From contig JAMDHS010000041.1 of the NCBI GenBank assembly GCA_029717555.1, forward strand, positions 124,001 through 188,000: a stretch of DNA of 64,000 nt, written 5' to 3'. A program made the translations under genes and the position numbers. Under the pieces are notes generated by a model. It did not search any database. It was not told where the DNA came from and was given only the letters and a program-made list of their open reading frames with translations. How positions within the stretch are numbered: position 1 is the stretch's first letter; every line of letters starts with the position of its first letter. The stretch comes from Peribolospora baueri (Eukaryota). Below are positions 40,301 to 52,120 of this stretch, piece after piece.

Positions 40301-42507
40301 GGCGGTGGTGAAAACGTCACTGGAGCTCCTCTCGCTGTCGGCGGTTGGGCTTTTTGAGTCGATCAGACCATCTTCCGATGTCGCAGCGAGCTCTTCGGGA
40401 CGAGAAGTAGCGGCGAGGACGACGGATCTGGGCCTCTCCCTCTCGCGGTTACGGATGCGGGATAGGACGCCGCGGGTACGTGGAGAAAGGATGGCGTCTT
40501 CCATCTCTTCGCGGGAGGAGGAAAAGCTTTTGGATCGCCTTCGGCCTTTGCGCCAGCCCGAAGTACCGACCGCGCTCGTGGAAGTCGGATCGGGCGTGCT
40601 TGCAGATGTGGCCAAGCTGGCGTTACCTTCGAACATCTGGATCAGCGCCTTGGTCTTTCCTTTGGTCGGCGTCGAGGTGCTGCCAAATCTCCGCCGGTTG
40701 GCCCCAGCATCAACGTCAGACGTGGCGCGCCGTCGGAAGTCGCCACGCACGCCGGCAGCGGCGCGAGGGAGGGGCAATTGAGGCGAGCTGTTGGTAGCCA
40801 TGTGCATGCTCTGTTCCGTAGCCGGCGGTCTGCCCGTTTCGCTGGTTCTGCTGCTGCTACTGCACGCCTCGGCGTTGGGCGAGCCGAGCAGGCCGAGTCG
40901 TTCGATTAAGGGTCGATCACTGTCTTCGAGGGCGACTGCTTCCATCAACTGGTCAAGCACCTCTTCGCTCCTCGTGCTTACAGAAGGCTTCAGCGCCTTG
41001 TCGTTGCTGCCACTTCCAGAGACGACGCTGGTAGCCGGAGTGTAGGTGGAGTCATGAGTGCTGTGGCTGCGGGGCACACCGTCGGCGAAAAGACGAGCCT
41101 CACGGCGCGAGTAAGGAGCTCGGATAAGGACGCTACCCCATAAGCTCGTGCGCGCCGCGGACGAGACGGCGGATGAGCCCGGCGAAAAAATGCTCCTGTC
41201 GCTGAGGGACCGATTGGGCAGGTCGAAAAGGGGGGGGGCACGAGTGAAGGCTGTGTGGAAGGACGACGGCGGGCTGGTGGAGACTGGTCGATCTTCCATG
41301 ACGAACAAAGGGAAAAGGCACAACCGTGGTGTGAGCGCGAATGACCCGAGCGGGAAGAAGGAAGCGGCAGTCGATCGAGGCGATATTCATACTCCGCCTC
41401 GCGTGGCGAGACGACGACGACCGGCCAACTCTCGAACCTTCGGTCCTGGTACTCACCATGATCGTCGGCTTTTACCGTTTCTTCATGCGCGCTCTCCGGT
41501 TCGCCTTCATGCGCGAGACCCAAGGCAAGGCCCACCGTCGTGCTCCAGTATCCCTCTCCAGCGTCCGTGCGCGGGGTCACTTCTGTGCCCAGCGCAACCT
41601 CTGTCTCTTCTGCGCCGCCACCATTACTGGGCGCCTCCTCGGCGACAGCCAGGCCACGTTCCGTCAACGTTTCGTTATCGACTTGTTGACCTGCGGCCCT
41701 CTCCGCCTCTTCCTTCTCCTTCGACCGTGTAATCTGCCTCCACAACATCCTTCCCTCCCCCTTGCTCACCAGCAGCGCGTTCTTCAGAGGCGGGGAGAAT
41801 GAGCCAGAAGGTGTGGGCGTGCTGCTGTCGCTCGCCGTCCTTCTTCTACCTCCCCCGCTGAGCGCTCCCAGACTGCCTCGTCTGTCGTCTTGGAGACGGT
41901 TCCGCCTCGACGGCGTGTCTCTTCGGTCCTCGAGCGAGCTGGAACGCCGAAAGTCGGATAATAGGGAGGTGTTCGCGCTCCAGATGGTCGGCAGTCGCTG
42001 CTGACCTTCTCCAATCCGAGGACGAGAGCAACGAAACGGAGGCGCAAAATTGCGGAAGGAGGAAAAGGACGAGAGAGGAGCAATTTGTGCGTCGGAAAGG
42101 GACAGCGAGTCGGAGGAGAAGCGTGGGATGGAAGCGGAGGAGGCGGAGGGAGAGCAAGGCTGCGAACGGGAGCGGCGTGCAGTGGAAAGGAGAGCCGGTG
42201 GTGGGAGAAGGGCGGGGTCGAGGAGAGAGACGTCGAGCTGGGTTGGGAAGAAGTCGGAAGCGTTAGGAGGGAGGTCGGAGGTGGAGGATGTGCGAGTCCT
42301 TCGTCGCGAGAAGGAGAAGATGCTTGGTAGTCGGAAGCCCCTTTCGGTACCAGTCTTGGTACGCTCGTCCAAGTCCCTTCTGCGGACCATCCACCTGGAA
42401 AGCGCCGTCCGGCCAAGGGAAGCGTCCGCCTCGCTGGCCGCACGTCTTCGAAGGGAGAAACGTCGGCTTGGCGGCGGCGATTCGCTCTCCCCCGAGATGC
42501 TGGCCAT
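34357..42507 (-). CDS. Very large (>2000 aa), mostly low-complexity protein with a central PH-like domain and C-terminal coiled coil; function unknown
   Basis: ORFs 40990-42882, 39380-41323, 38987-39313, 36202-38925, 35156-36181 and 34667-34996 appear to join via GT-AG introns (some junctions checked, not all). PH-like 'WHEAHAILLPTALALSW...LDLRACREV...YQLIFDDGVERLGSMSARDRVAWMGAI'. Likely ATG 42507, likely stop 34357 (…NFAPAPRR*). Confidence 0.65.
35784..35891 (-). repeat. Coding 12-bp tandem repeat x9 encoding (EEAK)n
   Basis: TTGGCCTCCTCC units on the + strand; translation KEGAKEEAEEEAKEEAKEEAKEEAKEGPKEEAKEEAK. Confidence 0.9.
36409..36465 (-). repeat. Coding 9-bp tandem repeat x6 encoding (GPM)n
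   Basis: CATCGGACC/CATTGGGCC units; translation MGPIGPMGPMGPMGPMGPM. Confidence 0.9.
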
Positions 42508-43228
42508 TCGGCGAGAAATGTGTCGTGAATGCTTGTCGATCAGCGCGGCTCCGCCGGGCCGGGGGTGGGCTTGCTGCTCCAAGGGGGGTGGCGCCACGGG
42601 GAAGGGAAATGGCAGAGGGAATGTGTAAATGTGTACTAGATGAACAGGAGTGCTCGTGGTATCAGGTTCAACGAGGCACGGTAGAGAGGGAATCCGATAT
42701 GTCTCGTGAACTGGCGGGTCTGGCGACCGCGATGGCGACGGTGGCTTTGTTTCCTCTCCCCTCACAGCACGCCGACACGCGTCGAGGGTGATGTGGTCAC
42801 GTGATGCAGCGAGTTCTCGAGGGCGCCAACTACTCGGCCAGTCAGCCCGGCTCGGGACGAGGGAGGACGGACCTGGAGGCACGGCGTCGTTGAGGGGCGT
42901 CGGCGTGACCGATGCGGCGACGACTCTACGACCGACTGCCTGCTGATAACGTTCTACGTATGGCGTCCGTATCCGTCGCCCCAGCTCGTCCAGAGCTCGT
43001 ACCCATAGCTTCTTCGGTAGTCCGCAGCAGATAGATTACGTTACCCTGGGCACCCAGCTCATCGCCGCAGTTTAGGGTCTACATATATAAGCCCCCCCGT
43101 CCCCGCAGACGGGGCGAACGTGCAATCGGACTTTGTAGCCCACCAGCCAATGTTCAGGGTAGCGCGCACGCGAAGAACGTCTTCCAATCTTGCCGTTCGT
43201 CTCTCTTTCACTTTTTACCACCCACCCC

Positions 43229-44604
43229 ATGTCCAACCTCGTGCTACCCCGTCGCGGCGGTAGGAGCAGGGCTCGTTCGGACGCCGGAGCCGGTACCGGT
43301 GTCGGTGCCGGCACCAGCGCGGGATCGCAGTCAGTGCCGGTCCATTCGTCATCGGCGTTGACGCCAGCGCCGGCGGCAAGACGGGGATCAGCCGAGTTGG
43401 ACGCACCGGAGGACTCGGAGTCAACGCTGATCACCGCCATGCAGGCCGTCCAGCTGGCGCAGCTCGATCGTGCCGCCGCGTCGGCACTCTCCTCGATCGG
43501 CGCCGCTGCCGTGAGTCCGGCGGCATTGAGTCGGTACCAGCACCGACGACATACGCTTGTCGGACAGGGCAGGGCATTCAGCGAGCACCAGAGGCGGCCT
43601 TGGATTTCCAACGCCAAGCCGGGAAAGGTGCGGGGCGACAAGAGGCGGCCGATCGAGGTGTGCGACAAGGCCGAGTTGGAGGACCTCTTGGCCCACAACG
43701 AGGGTCTTCTGAAGAACGGGTGAGCAGAGATGAGAGAAGCTCGGTGGCGGGCGTGGGAATTCATAGTTGCTCCTCGTCGTCCGCAATCTGACTCTATGCT
43801 ACGCGGGCATTCCCAGGTCGGCCATTGCTAGTCTCCCGGACGGTGGTGCCAAGCTGCGAGACTCGACGAGTGCGATTCAGGCACGCCTCTCCGAGCTGTC
43901 CAGGATGGAGGGCATAGAGAACGGCCTGGAGGGGACGCACATCTACCCAGCTGAATCGCCCGATCCGGCGGCCATCTCTCCTACGTCGGCGGTCAACTCG
44001 ATCTTCTCCGTCACCTCGGTGACCCGTGCGGTCCAGTCATCGCCGCCGAGGCGGGACGATGAGGAGATGGACGAGGACGGCGCAGACGGCGCGGCGGTGG
44101 AGATGCAGATCAACGGATCATGGCCGGGGATCGGGGGCGATAGATTGAATGACCAAGCGAACGGGGAGGATCACATGGTGATCATGGACTGGCGGAAACG
44201 ACTTATGGCCGCTGAACCTGTGAGTATCTAGATAGGAAGGACCCCTGCTGGCTCGTGCTCATCATTCCGATCCAATCTCGTCATCCCAGGCCTACGACCA
44301 AATCCATTCGCGCACCCTCCCGCTCTCCCTCCGCGAATCGCTAGAGCTGTCGGGCGCGCATTGGCGACAGACAGAGGCGCATCGGGAGCGGGTGCTGCAC
44401 GCGCGGATGAGGCATGCGGAGAGGGCGAGGAGGGTGGCGGCGGGAGAGATGGGGGAGGAGGAGGAGGATGGGGAGGTGGAGTACGATGACGTGGAGGATG
44501 GGGAAGGCAGCGAGAAGGACGTGGCGGAGACACCGTATAGCGGGGATGGGGCGGGCATCGACTGGAGTACGGGCAGCGGCGGCGGCGGCGTGTTCGGCTC
44601 TTGA
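43229..44604 (+). CDS. Gdown1/POLR2M (GRINL1A)-like protein, 3 exons, 402 aa
   Basis: Exons 43229-43719, 43817-44219 and 44290-44604 (1209 nt, GT-AG, in frame). Spliced motif 'ELEDLLAHNEGLLKNGSAIASLPDGGAKLRDSTSAIQARLSE' and C-terminal 'HSRTLPLSLRESLEL', followed by a helix and an acidic tail. TATA-like TATATAAG at ~43084. Confidence 0.72.
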
Positions 44605-45102
44605 CGTTGGCGGACAGACGCCAACGCCAGGTGTCGGTCGTTTTCGTGGGTCGAAATGTCGACGAGATCTATCTGGTCTCGATCGTCGTCGCTTTTTTGG
44701 GGGGCCCTTGCTCGTACTGTCTTGCCTTTCTTACCCGCACTCTCAACTGGGCGATCCCGCCCCATCTACCATCTACATGACACCCATCTTTCCCGTCCAC
44801 TCTCTATTACCCGCCCGGCGCTCTCATCCTGTCCGTCTCTCTCTCCCTCGCATGTATTTGTACCGCATGTATCACTGCGCGCTCGGTTCGCTTTCGTTCT
44901 CCCGTCTCCGCGCCGCCGTTTACCGTCGAATGTCAAGGGCGTACGTACGCTGCATGGGCCTTCTCCCGAGTCACTCACTCCCTCATCGATGGACGGATGG
45001 ATTCATTGAAGGACTCGGTAAACGTAGCGGTGCGCTCGAAAGAAGAGACGCGTGTCCTCGCCTCGCCTCGACTCCGCTCTACTCGACCGGAGATGCTGCA
45101 TA

Positions 45103-45759
45103 TCAGGCCATCTGCTTTCGGATCTCCGCGACCGTGGTGCCCTTGTAGCTGTGTGAGGAACGCGAGCGAGCGAGCAAACAAATAAACAAATATACAAACG
45201 AGCAACCCACGCTCACTGAGACCGCCTTTTTCTACTCCTCTTCCTCTCTCGCACACTCACCCAATGTTACCAGTGCCAGCGTCATAAAAATCAATATAAG
45301 CCCTATCGTTCTCCACGCCAAGCTTGTCCTTAAGGAACCGGGAAAAAGCGGCGCTCTTGGTCCGGTTCGAGTCTTGGTCGAGGCCGAGGGACATGCACAT
45401 CACTTGGGCCGCTGGGTCGAAGGTGCCGGCGAAGGTGAGCGAGGGGACGTGTTGGCTGGCGGGAGAGCGTGAAGTGGGGGGTAAATAAAAGGGTAAGCAG
45501 AATAATAATGAATAAATAAATATATAAATATATAAATAAAAAGACCTACTAGGAAACGCTGATCGTCTTTTCAGGCTTGCCGAGCGTCTCGGCGGCGACC
45601 TTGAAGCGCGAAGGGAGAGAAGGCGGTCTGGGGGGTCAGCCGTCGTGCGGCACGGAGACGGCCGCACCGCCCACCCGCGTGACGCACCTTGGAGAACTCG
45701 AGGGCAAAGGCCTTCTCGTCGGGCACTTGGACGTTGGTGACCAGCTTGACGTACGGCAT
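45103..45759 (-). CDS. Macrophage migration inhibitory factor (MIF)/tautomerase family protein, 4 exons
   Basis: 'MPYVKLVTNV' (Pro-1 after Met removal), 'VAAETLGKPEKTISVSY', 'LTFAGTFDPA' and 'LGVENDRAYIDFYD...NIGYKGTT'. Confidence 0.9.
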
Positions 45760-46518
45760 GTTTTCGTGTCACTTCACTTCACTCACTTGTCTGGTCTGGT
45801 CTGGGTGGACTTGGTGGAGGAGGATGTGGAGAGGAAGGGGGGGTTCACGGTTTTGTATAATGCCCGCTTGTGTGTCTGCCCCGCAGCCGGCGGCCGGCGG
45901 ATGATCGGGTCCCTGCTCGGAAGTCGGCGGACTTGGTGACCATCTAGCCGAGCGTGTCTTCTACGTGCTCCCTTCTTCCCCTCCCTCCCCTCACTTTCTT
46001 TCTCATGCACCCGCCGTGCTCATCGCACACGCCATACCATGGGCGCCCATGTGCTTGTGCTTGGGCCTGCCGCCCCTGCCACCTCCACCTCGTCCGACCG
46101 ACTTCTCCGGACGCGGATGCGGTGGACATACGTACGTCTTAGTCGGTCCTCTTCGGCTTCTCGGGCCCTCGGATCGCGGAGACGCACGGGAGGCCGTGGT
46201 GAGCGACGCGGCTAGCGAGCGAGTGCCTCTTGTCCTGTCTTTCTGCCCAAGGAACGGAGAGGGGCGTCTGAGGGGGAAGAAGAGCGGCGACGGCGTGAGA
46301 GAGATGAATTGGAGAGTGTACACATATATATCTGCATGGAAGAGGCGTCGAACCATGCACCGGTCGTCGTCTGTCGACTGACTGTCTACAGAGGTGGTGT
46401 AAGAACTTGGACGGGCCTGGTGTAGGCTCTACCCCACACACTCTCTCTCTGTGTCTCCCCCCTCCCGCCCATCCATCCCATCGGCCGGCCGGCGTGGGTG
46501 TTCATTGGCTTGCCTCGC

Positions 46519-48040
46519 CTTGGCTTGGCTTGGCTTGGCTTGGCTTGGCTGTCCGGCGGGGGAGTCGCGCGCGCGTGCGCGGTAGGGTGGGGTGGTGTTC
46601 TCCTGGCTGGGGACGATAGCGCACGGAGCCATACGACGAGAACGGAGCTGGGGCGGTAAGGTAAGGAAAGAGCATGTATACGCGAGATATACAACCACAC
46701 AACACTACCTGACTGGCCCTACGTCACCGGCCTGCCTTCCCGGCTAGGGCTCGGTGACTGGCCTTGATGGACGGCGATGGATGGTCTCCGCCGGCCTGGC
46801 CGTGCGTTCGCTTGTCCGCCCGTGCGCTCGTTCGTGCACTGGCTCGCTTGTGTGTCGATGCTGTCTGCAGTATGCAGTGTGCTGTGCGCTCTCTATGGCG
46901 TATGCCCTACCCTGCGTTCCGTGCGCAGCGCTTTTCCGATTTGATTCGACTCGACTCGTCTCGACTCGATTCGATTCGATTCGATTCGATTGCGCGTGCG
47001 CATGAGCATGAGCATGAGCATCAGCGCCTCTCTCTCCCGTCCGTCGACCCCGGATTCTGTTTCCTCTTGCGATCCCTGCCCCGTGCGCTGAACGATCAAG
47101 CGAGCCGGCTCTCGTCCGCGCTCCTCCGTGCGTATCGGCGACGGCCCGCCTGCCCCGGTCGTCGTCGTCGGCGTCGCTCGCTCGCCTGGCCGCCGCCATC
47201 CGCTTCCTTGCCATTCAGGTCCCGACGGTCGGCGGCCACGCTCACTTCCTCCTTCTCTCCTCTCCTCTCCACGACGACCTCTTTCAGCTTCATCTTTTCC
47301 TTCCCACCTCCAACATCCCCGTCTCCTTCCCCGCTCCCAACACTTCTTTCTCCGTGGCGCCTAGCGTAGTCAGCCCGTGTCTGACCACCCCCCACCTCCG
47401 CCTCCGCCTCCGCGTCTCCTCTCCCTCGCACAACCCCCGACGCCGGCTCCCCCGCAAATTCCAGCAACGAACGTCGGCGATCCGCGTCATCCGCTCCAGT
47501 GGTACCACCGCTATCACGCCGTCGTCGCCGTCGCCGTCGTCTTCCTTCTTCCCAGTCCACTCCACTTCCCCCACGCCCGTCCTACGTTATATTATAATCA
47601 CCACCCACGCGCATCTCCTCTCACTCGCTCCCCCTTCTCTGCACACCTCTGCACCGCCCCACCTTCCTTCTCTCCCACCTGCCATCTTGCTCTCTCTCTC
47701 CCTCCCAGCGTCCCTTCTTTCTACTTGACTTGACCCGCGCTCTTCTCCTGCCCTCTTCGCTCCCACCACCGACCGCATCCACACGCTCTGCCTCTGCATC
47801 CCACCCAACTCTCTACGTGGCCGAACCCGCTGCCATCCACTCCCACCACTCTCGCATCCATGCCTACCGCCGCCGTCATGCCCGAAACGACCACCGCCGC
47901 CGACGCGCCCTCCCCCAAGCAAGCCCTCGCCGACGCCGCCCTCGCGCGGGCGTCGAGGAAGGAGAGGCGGTCGAGCTTGCAGCGTATCGGCACGGGCAAG
48001 ATGAGCGTCAGGTAAGCCACTCTCTATCCATCCATCCGTC

Positions 48041-48072
<32 letters not shown>
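46519..48072. repeat. Cluster of microsatellites upstream of IML2
   Basis: (CTTGG)6 at 46519-46548, (TCGAY)n at ~46936-46990, (GCATGA)3-4 at 47000-47021 and (CTTT)8 at 48041-48072. Confidence 0.9.
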
Positions 48073-48077
<5 letters not shown>

Positions 48078-51000
48078 TTTCTTCCTTCTGTCCATCCCTC
48101 CGTCCGATGGTTCCTCGCGCCCGATGAGATCAATATCTGTCGTGTCGGCATCTGAAGTGAATCAGGGCGTCGTGATGCCGCGAACTGCGCCGGCGATAGC
48201 CGCGGCCGTCTCGGTGCATCAGGGCGAGACGAGGCGGGGACTGTAGTATATAGTATATATCTTCTCGGACGGGCACTGTCCACCTGGCAAGCTTGCTTGC
48301 GATCGACGCCGCCCTCCGCTTCCATCTCCTCCCTTTCCTTCGAGTCCCGCTCTCTTCTCTCTTCTCTCTTCTCCCTCTTTTCTTCCTTCTACTCCCCCCT
48401 CTTCCCTTCGTCTTCTCCCTCTCCAAATGGCCTCCGAACCCCGCTTTCTCACCTCGGACCCCTACTCCTCCTCTCGTCGGCCCCCCTCCCGCTCCTCTTC
48501 CATCTCCTCCCTCCTCAGGAAACGCAACTCGCACGCCTCCTTCAACGACGACGCCGCATCCACCTACCGCGACGATGGCACCGCCGCCTCCATCCGCTCG
48601 TCCACCGTTTCCAAAGGAAGCAAGCTCTCCTCTCTCTTCTCCCGCTCTAATAGCGCACATCTCGATACCAATGGCAAAGCCAACGGCACCACCCCCCGAG
48701 ACGACGCCCTAGACGCCGACCTTTCCACCCTGCCCATCCGCCCGCGCACCCCCTCGACGAGCTCCAGAAACGCCACCTCCAAGACCATCGGTAAGATCTT
48801 CCGCCGCTCCTCTCGATCCACCGCTCCCTCCCGCGTTTCCGACATCGACGCCGCCGACGACGCCGCGCCCCCGCCGTCGCTCCCCGTCAGCGCCAACGGA
48901 CACGCCCCCAACGCCGACGACGCGCAGCCGGCCAAGGCGGAGGATGTCCCGGCCCCGGCCACCACCGCCGTCGAGCAAGGCAAGCTCGACGTGCCGCTCT
49001 CAGCGTCTCCCACCGATATCCGTGACCAGGACGCTGCTGCCCCCGACTCGCCCGTAAGGGAAGGCCTCGGCTTTGCCGAGAACGGCGAGTCGGACAGCAG
49101 CAGCGAAGATGAATTCTTCGAGGCCTACGAAGCCGACCTGGCCGCCATCGCCGAGGACGAGGAGGACGACGATGTCGCGTCCCCTTCCACGGCCGCCGCC
49201 GCTGCTCGGTCCGCTCCCGCAGCCAACATCACCGACCACGCCGGACGAGCGTCGCCTGAGCCGTCCAACGAAACCGACCTGGAGGGCATCCGCGCCCGCA
49301 ACCCAGAGCTGGCCAAAGCGCTTGAGGGCATCCCCACGGAGGATCTGTTCAAGGCGGTGAGCGAAAAGGCCAAGGAGCAGACGGGCAAGGCGTTCCGATT
49401 GACGTTCCAGGACGTCGTTCAATCCGAGGACGAGATGAACGCCGACCTGGGCGAGGCCAAGAAGGCCATGGACCTCTTCCTCAACTCGAGGATGCTCGAG
49501 GCCGAGTCCATCTGCATCCGTCACGCCAGCTCGCAGCTGTACTACTCTGTCGGTTACGCCCTGATTCAGTTCATCAAGTCGCTCATGACCTTTGAGCCCG
49601 CCGACCTACACCAGGCCATCGATCACGCCAAGGACAGCTTGCACATCTCGTCGCTCCTCCGCAAGCACGTCGGCTCCATCTCCTCCGTCACCCGCTTCGT
49701 CCGTGGCACCGGCCCCAGCCCGTCCGCCATGGCCGGCATGACCCGCGTCCAGCGCCACGCCGAGCTCATCTACGGCGAGAGTCTGCTTCTCAAAGCGGTC
49801 GTAGGAATCGCCTACTCGGGTGACTTTTTCGCCTTTGTCAAAGAGGCTCTCAACATGCGTAACGCTTACGGAATTTATAGGAGCTTGGCCAAGTACGTCG
49901 AGTGGGCAGACGCTCAGGCCGTCAAGCGTGGAGATCCGAGGGATTTGAGCTTGGATGAGGACTTCCGCAGCGGCGTTTACCTCGGTAACGGCCTCATTAG
50001 CATGATCCTCGGTCTCTTGCCCGGAAAGGTCCTCAAGGTCATGGAGGTCAGTCGACGTTCCGTTCCGGTCGCGGTGGTCCCATACTCAGCTTAAACTGAC
50101 ACTTTTCCTTTCCTTTCCTTTCGTTTCTAGGTCTTCGGCTACACCGGCGACAAAGTATACGCGCTCAACACGCTCGCCAAGGCCGCCGACTGGTCGCATG
50201 ATCCGGATGAGAGGGAGCCAGGGGTCGAACCGGAGAACGAGGGCGTTAGGAGGCAGATTGTGAGTTTTGGAAGGGGCCCGTCAAGCTCGTCGGCTCCGTC
50301 GCTGACATGCGTGCTTCATCTTTTCGCCCGTGCCAGTGCGACCTGGCCATCCTGTTGTACCATCTCCTCTTCTGGACCTACCTGCCCCTTTCCAACCCAT
50401 CCGTCGACATTGACTTTGCCGACAAGGTCCTCCACTACAACCTCCGCAGGTACCCTAAAGGCATCTTTTTCCTCTACTTTTCCGGACGCCTTTACTCTAG
50501 CCAGTGTCTCGCCGAGAAAGCCATCAATCAGTTCCAGACTGCCTTGGGCGCTCAGAAGGAGTATTTGCAGTTGCAGTGAGTAGATCGGCCCGGCCTGGGC
50601 AGCGAACGATCGTCATCACTGACTGTCCTGTCCCCTCGATCGCCCTGATCGTCGCTTCCCAGGCACATCTGTCAATGGGACATTGTACTCTGTCGCCTCG
50701 GCTTGTGCGACTTTAAAGAGGCTTACAAAGGTCTTACTATCCTCCGTGCCGAGTCGAACTGGTCCAAGGCCGTCTAGTGAGCGCCTTTCCTTCCTCTGCC
50801 TGTCTCCGCGCCTGCCTTATCTTGGCGTCGCGCCTCGCCGTCTCCACCCACTGAAGCGTGGCGCTTTCTACGCCCGTTTTTCCGTCGTCATGCAGCACGT
50901 ACGGCATGGCCTGTTCGCTCTACGAGATGGGCGAGGACCCGAAGAAGGCGGCCGAGCTGTTCGCCTCGGTGCAAGACGCGATGCGGCGCATTGGTGGCAA

Positions 51001-52120
51001 GTCCATCCCCGCCGAGGTGAGCTCTCCGTCCCGCTCTCCGTTCGATTCGACTCGACGCTGAGTTTACCCTACCCGTACCGCTCGACGTCTCGCAGAAATA
51101 CGTCGCCCGCAAGGCAAGAAAATTCCAGAAGCAGGGAAGGCTCATCATCCCCGGCATCGAGTTCTCCTACCTCTACCACTGCCTCAGCATGGCACCCCGA
51201 TGGTCGCTCGCCGAGAACACGCTCGTGCGCATCAGCGATGCGTTGGCAGAGTTGCATGCGGTGGAAGATCCGGAGACGTATGGCAAGGATGCGGACGAGT
51301 ATTGGGACGGTGAGCTCGCGTCCGACGCCACACGCTCCACCGGCTCGCGGTCGTGTTGACCATTTTTGCTGGCTTCCGTTCGTTCTCCGACCGACCGTGG
51401 GACAGATTTCGCCCTCTGCCACTTCATGCGCGCCGTCACGTTGAAGTACATCGCTTATCCCGAGCCGCATGCCAAGGTCAACCCTCCGGAGAGCCCGTGA
51501 GTGCCCATCTATGACTCTTGGTGTCTCTTCTCTTCTCTTCTCTTCTCATCTCATCTCGTCTCGTCTTGTCTCGTCTCATCTCATCTCGTCTCGTCCATTC
51601 CAGCATCCCTATCGAAGAAGCGACAGAACAGGCGCTCCTGTCGCTGGAGAACGTGATGAAGAACGGCGGAAAGATCAAGCACGATCATTGGCTCGTTTAC
51701 TTTGGTGAGCGTCTGCGACCTTCTCCTTGCGGTCGTCGGCGCGAAGCTGCGCTGAGGTAGCGCGCTGTTGACTGATTCGATCCGTCCCTCGCAGCACACT
51801 ACGAGCTCGGAAGGTTGTACGCGGCGATGGGCGAAGACGAAAAGGCGGCGGAGCAGTTCGAGCTCGTGCTCAGCCAGAAGCCGCTCGAGGACAGAGGCCG
51901 AAAGGGCAAGTACAGCCTGCAGAACATGTGTCTGCTTCGGAGCAACGGTGCCCTCGATTCGGTGAGTGACCGGGCCCAAATGATCGGCTCTGTTGAATCA
52001 CCTCGCCGAGTATTGTCATGCATCATCGTCTCACCCGTCGTTTCGGTTCTATCCCCCGGCTTCGTATGCGCGCAGCTCAAGACGAAAGAAGGGCAAGGAA
52101 ACGGACGACCGGCTCATTGA
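47860..52120 (+). CDS. IML2: IML2/TTC39 family TPR protein, multi-exon, with a probable alternative first exon (ATG 47860 or ATG 48427)
   Basis: 'AMDLFLNSRMLEAE', 'HAELIYGESLLLKA', 'DEDFRSGVYLGNGLISMILGLLPGKVLKVMEVFGYTGD', 'RYPKGIFFLYF', 'ESNWSKA', 'GKSIPAEKYVARKARK' and 'HYELGRLY'. Confidence 0.9.

Noticed and set aside
45364..45374. tRNA T-loop/B-box-like GGTTCGAGTCT
   Set aside because: It lies antisense within a MIF exon and has no cloverleaf around it. No tRNA or rRNA gene was recognised in the window.
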